In this document: positions 1-10,807 of the stretch, piece after piece
How the letters are laid out: every line of letters begins with the position of its first letter
Position numbering within the stretch: position 1 is the stretch's first letter
Assembly (NCBI GenBank): GCA_001600815.1
Contig: BCKZ01000003.1
Coordinates: forward strand, 686,581-750,580
Length of the DNA stretch: 64,000 bases
Direction: 5' to 3'
Source: Alloascoidea hylecoeti
Taxonomy: Eukaryota
Notes under the pieces: model-generated
Seen by the model: only the letters and a program-made list of their open reading frames with translations
What the model was told of the DNA's origin: nothing
The model's database searches: none
Made by a program: the position numbers and the translations under genes

Positions 1-1549
1 GTTTTTCACAAATTATATAATTAAATTGGCTTCTAGATCTATCGACATCAATGAAGATAATGCAAATTTTCGAATGATTTATTTGTACATACTTTAAGTC
101 ACCCAATTCCACAAATATCCGTTGGCTTATGAAATAATGTTATTTTTTCGAATTTAATGGTTTGATTAAAACTTATCCGGATTCAGAAGAGGTTTTTAAA
201 AAACTTCCTGACCTTTTATCACGTATGCATGGTGAAAATTGGCCCTGATTATAGCAGAATCGAACTTAAATGATAGCGATATATATATTGTGTGATTGAA
301 TAAATATAGTAGAGTAAAGACAAAATTTCGAAATCAGAATTATGGGAAAGAGAAATCAAGGGTTTGGATAAAAGATCAAGATTTGAGTAACTTTCTGTGG
401 TTCATAGTTTATATTGGTACTCATTGTACTCAATAATTAATATTAATTCTTACAATACTGATGTTTATTGTTATGAGAAAAAAGCAATAACCAATCAAGT
501 TAACGTAACTATAAAACATATATATATATATAAGAATTAAATTCTCAAATAAAGATATAAAATATTAAGAAAATGTGAAATGTACCCCTTCATCGACATT
601 CAGAACCTATTATTAGTATTTCCAAACTTCCTGTTCAGGACGAAATAAATTCTTCTCCAAAGCCAATATAAATAAAGTTATGATCTTGTCATAAGTTTGG
701 CAACAAGTTAACATTAAAAATTCGTATAACTTGCCGTGGCATTGCTTTGTTTACTTTTTGATTGAAGAAGAAAAGAGTCTAACTTGATGAAAAATTTACT
801 GTTTTTATAACAAATTTTTATAAAAATCCATGTTACGTCACTGATTACGGCATCATTACCCGGATCCTTGAAATCATTTCAATCTGATAACACGGTCAAA
901 TCGTTTGATTGGTTACAGAACCAAAGACCATCTAAATTCTAATTCTAATCCTCAGCACTCAAAAATTCTTCTAGATCTTTATCACCGCTAACAATTAAAC
1001 TGGCACGCTCGAGGAGTCTAGACTCTGAAGAACGAGAGGGCATATGGCTCTCTGCTGTTGACAAATCAGGTAGGTGTCATGTAGGAAAGTTGCCAACAAA
1101 TTTGGCATCTCAACAACGACTCACTCCCGCGGTAATTATTCATGACAAGACTCACAAATTAAACAGAAGCTTCTCGTTACACATGAATAACAAACACCCA
1201 TTTTGCAGCCATTGTTTTGGGCTACAGAAGGTTCCAATGTATCGCATTGGTGATACTACACGCGCGGCACGTGGCCTCCTTTTCATACCACGGTCAAATC
1301 GTCTGATTGGCCAGCGCATACTCAATTATTGTAATATTTAAAAACATTTAGATTTTTTTAATTATATTTTTACATAACTCTCTAACTATATAGTACTATG
1401 TATATCTGAGTTAAATAATTTATAATATAGCACAACAGTTCATTCGGTAGGATAATTGAAAGTCAAAGGTACCGGTTCATAAAAATAATATTAGACGCCA
1501 AGTCCCCACTAGCTATAGGGCCCACTAGGGCGATTGTACAACAAGCAAG

Positions 1550-4083
1550 CTAAAATTTCCAATCTTCATCAGCAGATTCAATAGCCCATTTGAATTTGTC
1601 TCGTAATGTCTTAGTGAATAATTTTTCAAGAGGAACACCATATTTTTTGGAAAACATTACTGTAAGTCTAGGATCAATATAATTCATTTTACTTGTTCCA
1701 AGTGCAACTGAAGAGTTTGCCTCTTTGTCTTTCAATTGAAGTTTTGTATTATTGATTCTTTCCTGTAATTTTTCAACTTGTGCTTGTAATTTTTCAATAG
1801 TTGAATTTGCTTTAACTTCAACTTTACCAGTTTTTTGTTCTTTTTTATATTGTTTTTCAAGTTCTTTAATAGCTTTTAAACGATCATTTAATTCTGGTTT
1901 TAACATTTTCTTTTGACCTTCAGCAACTAATTTTTCATTATCTTTATCAAACTTCTTGATGATTTTTTCATGTTCTTTTTCCAAAACAATTTCAATTACT
2001 TTAGTGACTTCTTCTTGTGTAAGTAATGTATCAATTTCTTCAAATAATTCAGGTTTCTTCTTCTTTAATTTAGAATCAAGGACAAGCATCATTTTTAAAA
2101 GTCTAATTTTATTCCATTCCATTTCTCTAATTTTATCATTAGTTTTTGCAACAGAAGCTTCATGTCCTTTACCAACAGTTCTTTGATGGTTACATAGGAT
2201 AGCAACAGCACGATTTGCTGCGTTAAATCTTAAGAGCCTTTGTTGAATCGTTCCTTCAATAGGGATTTTGTCCAATTCATCTTGCATTGTCTTTGAAGCA
2301 TTATAAGTACGGAAAACTTTAGCTGTTAGACCATCCATATAGTTTTGTAAATGTTTATTCAAGATTGATGGATCTAAACGATCAAAAATATCATCACCTT
2401 CTCGCTTTGGTGGTTTTTTAAATATTTTTAGGTTTTTATAAACTTGAGCATCAACTTCTACTTCTTGGTGATATCTAATTGAATCTTTACCCAAAAAATC
2501 AAATATAACAGTTCTTGGTGGAGTTAAGGTGATATGTTCATATCTTAACGAACAACAGCCTACTGTATCTGCTTCATCGTCTCCCTTTTCACCACCAGCT
2601 CTAAGGGCAAAAACATCAATGAGATATGTAGCTGTAGCACGTTGTCTATTAATCATTAATTCATCCTTAAGTTCTCTTCTATAATCTTTTCGAATTGTAT
2701 TGATATGTTTTTTCAATTCTCGGGCTCTTTCAAATTTTTTGTAGTCACTCATACCTTTTAAACTCGAACTCTGTGATAATAAAACGTATTTGGGAGAATT
2801 GTTAATGTTTTCTTTCCAAGTTGCTAACCAGGTAACTGTATTATCATGTTTAATTTCACCCCATTGACGACCTTTAGGAGGTTTGGGTACTTTTGCTTCT
2901 TTACCAATATTTAAAGTAACTTGTTCTGCAACAACTCTTCGTTTTAATTTACCAGCTTTTGGGTGTGCACCACGACCTCTAAATAATCCAGGTGGTTCTA
3001 TACGAAAATTACCAACCAATTCTGTCCTACCATCCATTTTACAAATTTTGAAAGGTGCTTCTAATTCATCTCTTTCTAATTTTGCCTTTTTCTTTTCCGA
3101 ACTCGGTATAGATTTTTTTTTTTCACGTTCTTTATCAAAATAATGAAACATTTTAGTAAAATCACATTTTTCAAATTCTTTAATTTGAACATTACAACCA
3201 CCGACTTCTTTTAATACTTGTAAAAAATCGTGGAAAAAATTCTTTTGAAATACAGGGTTTTTTGCATGGTCAGTTTGTAACATTGCAGCGAAAAAACCAG
3301 CAACTTCTTCAGCTTCAGGAGGTAAGTCTACTGGTTGACCATCATAATAAAGTTTAATTCGTTTAGGTAGTGGTTTATATTCAGGAGGAAACATGACACC
3401 ATTATGTTCTAAAGTTGTCCATTTTATGGTATTATCATGATTTTCCATTTCCCACCATCTATATGTGTCATCTGCTTCCTCTTCATCTTCAAGAGGAGTA
3501 CCGGATTTCGAAGTACTTCTTTCCTTCTTGACCTTTGAAGCAAGGGTGGAAATCTTTGAATTGATGCTTTTTTCTTTCTTGGCTTTTGAAACTGGAGTCG
3601 AAACTTGAGATTTTTTCTTTGGTGTTTTGACCCCATTTAAAGAGGGCGATTGTTTAGTAGTGATAGCCTTACCATTTGAAGATACTTTAGCCTTTTTAGC
3701 AGATGGGGTTACAATAGACGAAGGAGTTGACATGGGACTTCTTCTCTTTATGGCCTTATTCTTAGCAGTTGTAACTATTTCTTTATCATTAGTCATTGAA
3801 GAGCTGACGGAAGAAATAGAGGAGGTGTCAGATTTTCGCGACTAGCCAAAAAATAAAAATATGACATGATGGTTAGATTTGAATATAGAGTAAACTATTC
3901 TAAATTGACATTTCACATACAGACTCGGTCAAACTTTCGCTCTCAAAAGGTGAGGTACCATTGACTAGAAGTTGAAAGATGAAGTATTAATATTTCATGC
4001 GGCAGAACAATTATATGAGAGATATATATACCTTGAGGTCCGAGTCTTTGGGAGAGAGGAACGTCTTCTTCATCAGACGACAT
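1550..4083 (-). CDS. TOP1: DNA topoisomerase I (type IB); exons 4083-4032, 3964-3921, 3841-1550
   Basis: Motifs [40 protein letters not shown] and the catalytic Tyr in [11 protein letters not shown] are present. Two introns (GTATAT..TAG 4031-3965; GTATGT..TAG 3920-3842) join an [11 protein letters not shown] start in frame with the 748-aa ORF. Confidence 0.97.
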
Positions 4084-4505
4084 GGTCTAAAATAAGCAGA
4101 TAAAGGTTAGAAGTGCATAATTAAAGAGGTTTAAATAATTTGGACGTTGCCGGGTAACTGATGCCGAAAGCATGGGCAGAAAGTTGCTGTCTAAAAGTTC
4201 CGGCCGCTTCCCAAAAGGGACAGGATGAAAGTTACACAGGAGCAACTCTGCGTGGGCGTAAACATGGGACTGCAGGGTGTGTAATTAAGCTTTTCCAGTT
4301 ACGCGAAAGGATAAACCAAACCTTCTTGGAAGTTTATCTTCTTTTCTTCACAGCATCCTCCAGATCAAATCAGACTGCTGTTAACCAACCGTCCGTCTTC
4401 CGCCCGTTTCCGCCCGTTTCCGCCCCCGTCTACCATCTCTGGGTTTCTCTCCACTTGCTTTTTTCCACAATCAGGCCTGCCCCGTATCTTTGAGCTCAAG
4501 ACGTC

Positions 4506-5666
4506 ATGTCTAACCAGGAACAATGGCGTAACCCCCAAGAGAGGCCAGATATGAACCGTCCCGGGATTCAGGCTTTCCAGTAAGTTTCCAGATCTGTGAT
4601 CTCGCTGTCTTTGCGGGGGTTTCGAGATATTGTGATAATTCATCCAATTCAGGAAAAATTGCGATGAGAATCTTATCAGCCTAAGAAAGACACTAATCCA
4701 ACCTTTTTGAGTAGTATGCAACAAAATGTGCCTCCTGTTCTCCCTCCTCCTTCGTCCCTCGACTCAAACGGTATGTTTTGCCTAAATTTCATGTTAATTG
4801 TGAGACATGCTAACTCTCGGGTATTATAGGGCAACCATTTTACTCTTTACCTTCTTTGTCCGGCCTGGTAGGAGGCAACAAACAGGCCCAACAACATATG
4901 GCCTTTTCTATTCCTTCCATTTCTACTACTTCAAACGCTCATCCCCACATGAATCAAGTATGTACTTTTCGTTTTTATTTTGTTTTTAATTTCACTGTTT
5001 ATTTCGCTGTTTATTTCTGTTTATTTCGCTGTTTATTTCACCATTCCCTTTTTACGCAGTACGCTAATTTGTCCCATATAAATATAGGATCAATCTAATG
5101 TTTCTCAACTTCAAAATCAACAGAACATTCAGCAACGACAACTGCCTACTCAGAATTTACCCCAACATCATTTACAAGTCCAACAGCAAATACAGGGACA
5201 ACCAAACTCTCAGATCTCCCCCTTACAAATCCCGGCTGGAAATCAGAATCCCCAAATGATGCCCAGCCGTCCTTTAAATGTTAGGGATGCTCTTTCATAT
5301 TTGGATCAAGTCAAAGATCAATTTAAAAATCAAACAAATGTTTATAATTTCTTTTTGGAAATAATGAAAGATTTTAAGAGTCATGCTATTGATACTCCGG
5401 GTGTTATAGAACGAGTATCTACTCTCTTTAGAGGACATCCGGTACTTATACAAGGTTTCAATACGTTTTTGCCTCCAGGATATCGTATAGAGTGTTCTGC
5501 TGAAGATCCTAATTCTATATGTGTTACTACTCCTTTGGGTACTACAATTCATCCAAATGGAGATAATCACATGGTCTATCAAGATAATAATAGTAACAAC
5601 AATAACAATAATAATACTAATACTAATAATAGTACTACTACTACTAATAATAATAATAATAATAAC

Positions 5667-5738
<72 letters not shown>

Positions 5739-5775
5739 CACGACAACAACAACAATAATAATAACAATAACATTG

Positions 5776-5810
<35 letters not shown>

Positions 5811-8800
5811 ACCAATGATAATAATAGTAGTACTAATAATAACGGATGGAATCAAAACCAACAGCAAGCTCACGTTCAACAACAAGTTCAGGCTTCATCT
5901 TCATCTCCTTATGCTCAATACAATCAGCAGCAATATCCAGGTGCTTCGATGTATCAATTACAAGCAGCCGCTAATGATAGAAACATTCAAAATGATACAA
6001 AGAGATCTGGTGGTCCAGTTGAGTTCAATCAGGCAATAAATTATGTGAATAGAATAAAAACTCGATTTGCTACTCAACCTGATATTTATAAACATTTTCT
6101 TGAAATTTTACAAGCTTATCAACGAGATCAAAAGCCAATACCTGAGATTTATAATCAAGTTTCTGTATTATTTCAAAATGCCCAAGATTTATTACATGAT
6201 TTTAAACAATTTTTACCAGATGTTGGTATTCAACAGCAGGGTCCCCAAATAAATCATCAACAACAAATGGAATATTATCACACTGATGAGCGTGTTCAGT
6301 TGCCTCCGGTAGGTAATTTTTTCCCACCATCTGCTAAGAAGAGACAACAGCAACAACAATTTGATCCTACCAGATCTCAGCAACATAATATTCCTGTTTC
6401 TAGTATGAGAGATAGTCTAAAACCTAAAAGGAGAGACCTTGGTAACTCCACTTTAGTTCCTTCTATTCCTGAGCCTATTCCTCCTAATTCAAACACAAAT
6501 AATTTAAATGAAGAAATTACTCTATTTGATAAATTGAAGAAGGCCATGGGAAACAAACAAACTTATAATGAATTTCTTAAAATCATTAGTTTATTCTCAC
6601 AAGGAGTCATGGATATTGATACTCTTATTGAAAGAGTTGAAGGCTTTGTTGGTCAACATTCTGACTTATTTGAATGGTTTAAAAATATGGTTGGTTATAC
6701 TGGTGGTCCAAAACATATTGAAAATATTACTTTTAAAAAACATTTATTGGATTTATCTTTATGTAAACCTGCAGGACCAAGTTATAGACAATTACCAAAA
6801 GCTGAGACTTATATGCCATGTTCTGGTCGTGATGAATTATGTTGGGAAGTTTTAAATGATGAATATGTTGGTCATCCTATATGGGCATCTGAAGATTCTG
6901 AATTTATTGCACATCGTAAAAATCAATATGAAGAAATTTTACATCGTATTGAAGAAGAAAGACATGAGTATGATTTTTATATGGAAGGTAACTTACGAAC
7001 TATTCAAACTCTTGATACTATTAATCATAGATTAGCTAGTATGACTGCTGAACAAAAAGCTGATTTTAGATTACCACCTGGTTTAGGTCATACTTCTGTT
7101 ACAATTTATCAAAAGATTATTAGAAAAGTTTATGATAAGGATAAAGGGTTTGAAATTATTGAAATGTTACATGAACATCCTGCAATTGCAGTTCCAATAA
7201 TTTTAAATAGATTAAAGAAAAAAGATGAAGAATGGAAAAAATCTCATAGAGATTGGAATAAAATTTGGAGAGAAACTGAACAAAAAGTATTTTTTAAAGC
7301 TTTAGATCATATGGGATTAACTTTTAAACAAGCTGATAAAAAATTACTTACAACTAAACAATTATTGTCTGATATTAGTACAATTCATACTGAACAAACT
7401 AATAAAAGAATTCATCCTTTAACTCCAAAACCTAGAGCACAATTAAAATTCTCATTTATTGATAAAAATATTTTACTTGATGTTCTTGGATTAGTTTTGG
7501 TTTTCTTAGATCATTCTTCTTCTCATTCTTCTAATGAACGCGAAAGATTAGAACAATTTCTTAAATCATTTTTGGTCTTATTCTTCTCTATACCCATTGA
7601 AACAATTGAAACCTTTTTATCTAATAGAGAAGACAAAAATTCTATTGATGCAGACTCAGATTCCTCTTCAACAAACACTGGAAATGACAAGAAACGTTCA
7701 AGAGAAAGTACTGATTTACTTCGTGATGTACTTAGAAAATCAAAACATCAACGTACTAATAATAGTAACTCCAAACGTGATTCTGACAGTAGAGATTCAA
7801 CCCCTGAGAATACAACTACAACAATTGAAAAAGGTTCTTTAGTCGATGAAATTGAACTTCCAGAAGAAATTGAAAAATCTGGTGAAATTTGGGTAAAGAC
7901 AGTCTCATCTTCTGATAGTTTAAAAACAGGTGATATCACAGAAGCCAACAGCAGCAATGGTGGTAAACGCAATTTTTATAACTTATTTTGTAACACTACA
8001 ATATATGTATTTTTTAGGCATTTACGAACATTATATGAAAGATTGGAAGAAATCAAAGCTATAGAAGAAGAAGCTTCAACAGAAATTCAAAATAGAAAAG
8101 AAACACAATTTGCTAAAGACTTAGGTTTGTTGAATCACAAATTGGAAGATTTGGGTATTGCTATCCGTGGGAATAATTGTTATGGCCAAGTAATACATCT
8201 TTGTGAAAAGGTTATTGATGGTAGTTTAGAGCACCCATGGTTTGAAGAAACTTTACGGGAAGGATATAGAAATCAAGCCTATAAACTTTACAGTATCGAT
8301 AAAGTTATTCAAGGGTTAATTAAACATATGCATAGTATTGTGTCTGATCATCGAACATCGGAGATGATGGTTTTATTTGAAAGAGACAGGACTACTCCCA
8401 AGACTTCTGCTCGTCAACAGATCATCTATAGAATGCAAATTAGATCTATTATGGGTGTTGATGAGAATATGTTCCGAATTCAATGGGATGATGCGAAGGA
8501 TGATGTCAATATAGAATACCTGGCCCTTGATGATTTAACAATTAAAGACCAAAAAAATGCAGAAGAGAAATGGAACTTTTATCTAACTAGTTATGTTATG
8601 TCTCATCCAACAGAAGGTGTACCTGTGAACAGGATAAATATTCCATTCTTGAAACGAAATCTTTCAAATTCAGAATCCGATATCGAAATGGATGGATTTA
8701 TTAATTCACATTTACAAGTACAAATTTCCATGAGTTCTTATAAACTTTTCTTTGAGACTGAAAGCGGGGATGAATTCATAAAGCATTCAGTTTTCAAACA

Positions 8801-9194
8801 GCAAACATCGCCTAAAAGAAATTATACGACATCAAAGTTTAAAACTTTCTACGAATCTTCAACAGGCTGCTGGAAACAGGGTCTTACAGATGAAACTATC
8901 CAAAAATCTAGCGATAAATTTAATGCATGGATATCTGAAGGTCCCCAAGCTCTTGAAAGAAGTTTTACCCCCCAGCCAGTACCCGTTGAACTACTTGTTG
9001 ACGTCCCTGCCCAAGCACCTACTATACCCACCGCTGAAACACCCGTTGAAGAGATTCCAGGCTTGAGAGTAGATGATCAAAAGGAAAAGGTTAAGGTTGA
9101 GTCTGTAACTGAGATAAAATTAACCGATCCCTTGGTTCCGTCAAGTGATCAAATACTTGACCAGGATGGAGATGTCATAATAAATAACTCATAG
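4506..9194 (+). CDS. SIN3: Sin3 corepressor / Rpd3 HDAC scaffold; exons 4506-4579, 4715-4770, 4830-4957, 5088-9194
   Basis: PAH1 (LNVRDALSYLDQVK), PAH2 (VEFNQAINYVNRIK), PAH3 and the HDAC-interaction region (GPSYRQLPK, CSGRDELCWEVLND) are recognisable. Three GT..AG introns with CTAAY branch sites keep the frame. The 5' exon model is inferred. Confidence 0.95.
5586..5843 (+). repeat. (AAT)n/(AAC)n trinucleotide tract encoding poly-Asn in Sin3 between PAH1 and PAH2
   Basis: Long AAT and AAC runs are directly visible. Confidence 0.95.
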
Positions 9195-9311
9195 TAGATT
9201 TAATCAAGTATATATTTTTTTCTCGCCTTTGGATGAATTTTTTTAGCTTTGTATTTCTAGATTTATATTTATATTTATATGAAAAAAAAAATAACAAAAA
9301 GAAAAAAAGTT

Positions 9312-10492
9312 TTATATCTGTACACCTAAATCTTCTATTTTTTCTCCTTCGTAATTGGTCCAAGTATCCCGTCTATAGAAATCATCATCTTTTTTCCTTT
9401 TTATACGAGCCTGTAATGATAGATGTTTAGTATCAATTTCGCTTTTAGGTATATGTTTTTCTTTCGAGAGTATCCGCTCTAGTAGACTTCTTCCTCTAGG
9501 GGATTCTTGAATCTCTGGTTCATCTTCAGGTGCATCTTCATTGACAAGATCAAGAGGCCATGGTAATCCAAATCCAATGATTGGATCAATCCATTCATTC
9601 TTTTCAAATTTTAAACCATCACCCTTCGGTTTTCCCCATGGCCATAACCATAAATAAACCGGTCCCATAGCATTTACGATATTATCCCACATAGAAATAT
9701 CATAAGGGAAAAGAATATCATCCATAGAATTTATTTCTGGAGGTGGATCGGAAAAATCTTTTAGTATAGGATCAATATGTCTTTGTAAAACGCCATGTCG
9801 TAGTTGCGACATCATTCTATCTTCTTCCCATTGCTCGATCTGTGTTTTGCCAGAGAACATATTCGCAGCTTCCCTTAAAAATAAAACAAAAATGGTGAAA
9901 AAAACAAACAAGTCAAATGGTATCAAAAGGATTGTGAAAATGATTTCTGAATGAGGTATGAGGTACGCTGGAAGGTCAGCATCAGTATAAAAACCGTATG
10001 CTCTTTTCAATAAAAAGAAAAGAACAAATCCCGTGGTCAACTCAACCCACACGAGAAACCGAATGAAGTGAGGTAAGTTTTTAAAACCAACAGCATTGCA
10101 TGTCCAAGGACAATAATGATCCATTTTAAGAATACAGCGACCCATCTGTTTACTATGATGTGTTCTCTCTGGCTTATAAGCATGACAGTAGCGACACCAC
10201 CTTCTCCATTGATCAGGCTCAGGTTTGAAGTTCAGCGGTGGAGAGCCAGGGTCTACCACAATAGCTAGAATATAGGAAATCCATATCATTGTAAGACTGA
10301 ACTCAAACCATACTTGCTTGTTGAATGACAAATAGTTATAAAACACAAAATAGTGAGCATTGTAACCGATAAATGATATTAGGAAGCTTGGAATCTATGC
10401 ATGAAAATGTTAGACACAATGAGATTTTAGAGGGTTCATTAAACTAGACTCACAATCAATCCCAGAGCAGGCCAGACTAATTGAACTGTCAT
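9312..10492 (-). CDS. PFA4: DHHC-family palmitoyltransferase Pfa4 (DHYC variant); exons 10492-10454, 10394-9312
   Basis: The spliced N-terminus MTVQLVWPALGLI/IPSFLISFIGYNAHYF resembles Pfa4. Also present: KPERTHH..MDHYCPW..VGFKNLPHF, GKTQIEQWE and FPYD. The intron is GTGAGT..TAG at 10453-10395. The position next to SIN3 matches S. cerevisiae. Confidence 0.92.
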
Positions 10493-10807
10493 ATAATTCT
10501 TTCTTGCAACAAACTGTTAAACGTATTGAAATGAAGAGTTTGAGAAACTGTTCAGGATGATAGTCAGGTGAATCTATTACATAATTATTATTAACAATGC
10601 TATAACTAGAAAATAAACTTCAAAACTTCAAAACTTCAAAACTTCAACTATTTATAATTAAAAATCAAGATGTAAGGGCAAAGAGAATGAAAAATGCTTA
10701 AATAATATATATATATGCAAAAATTTAATTACTAATATAGGCTATAGATATAGGTCTTTATAAGAGATATACAAACTATCACTTTCCAAACAAAAAGTTA
10801 ATTCCCT

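Noticed and set aside
2..248. Plus-strand frame 2 reading ..IYLYIL*VTQFHKYP..GENWP*, a possible gene end or pseudogene
   Set aside because: It is interrupted by TAA at 95-97, is truncated by the window edge and shows no recognisable homology.
1252..1261. GTGTAGTATC on the minus strand, matching the U2 snRNA branch-pairing sequence
   Set aside because: The flanking U2 sequence (GCCUUUUGGCUUAGAUCAA, UGUUCUU) is absent.
1090..1341. 83-aa ORF
   Set aside because: It has a TTG start and no family resemblance. I treated the region as non-coding.
5295..6039. Poly-Ile/Val/Leu ORFs overlapping SIN3
   Set aside because: These are shadow frames of the AAT/AAC microsatellite.
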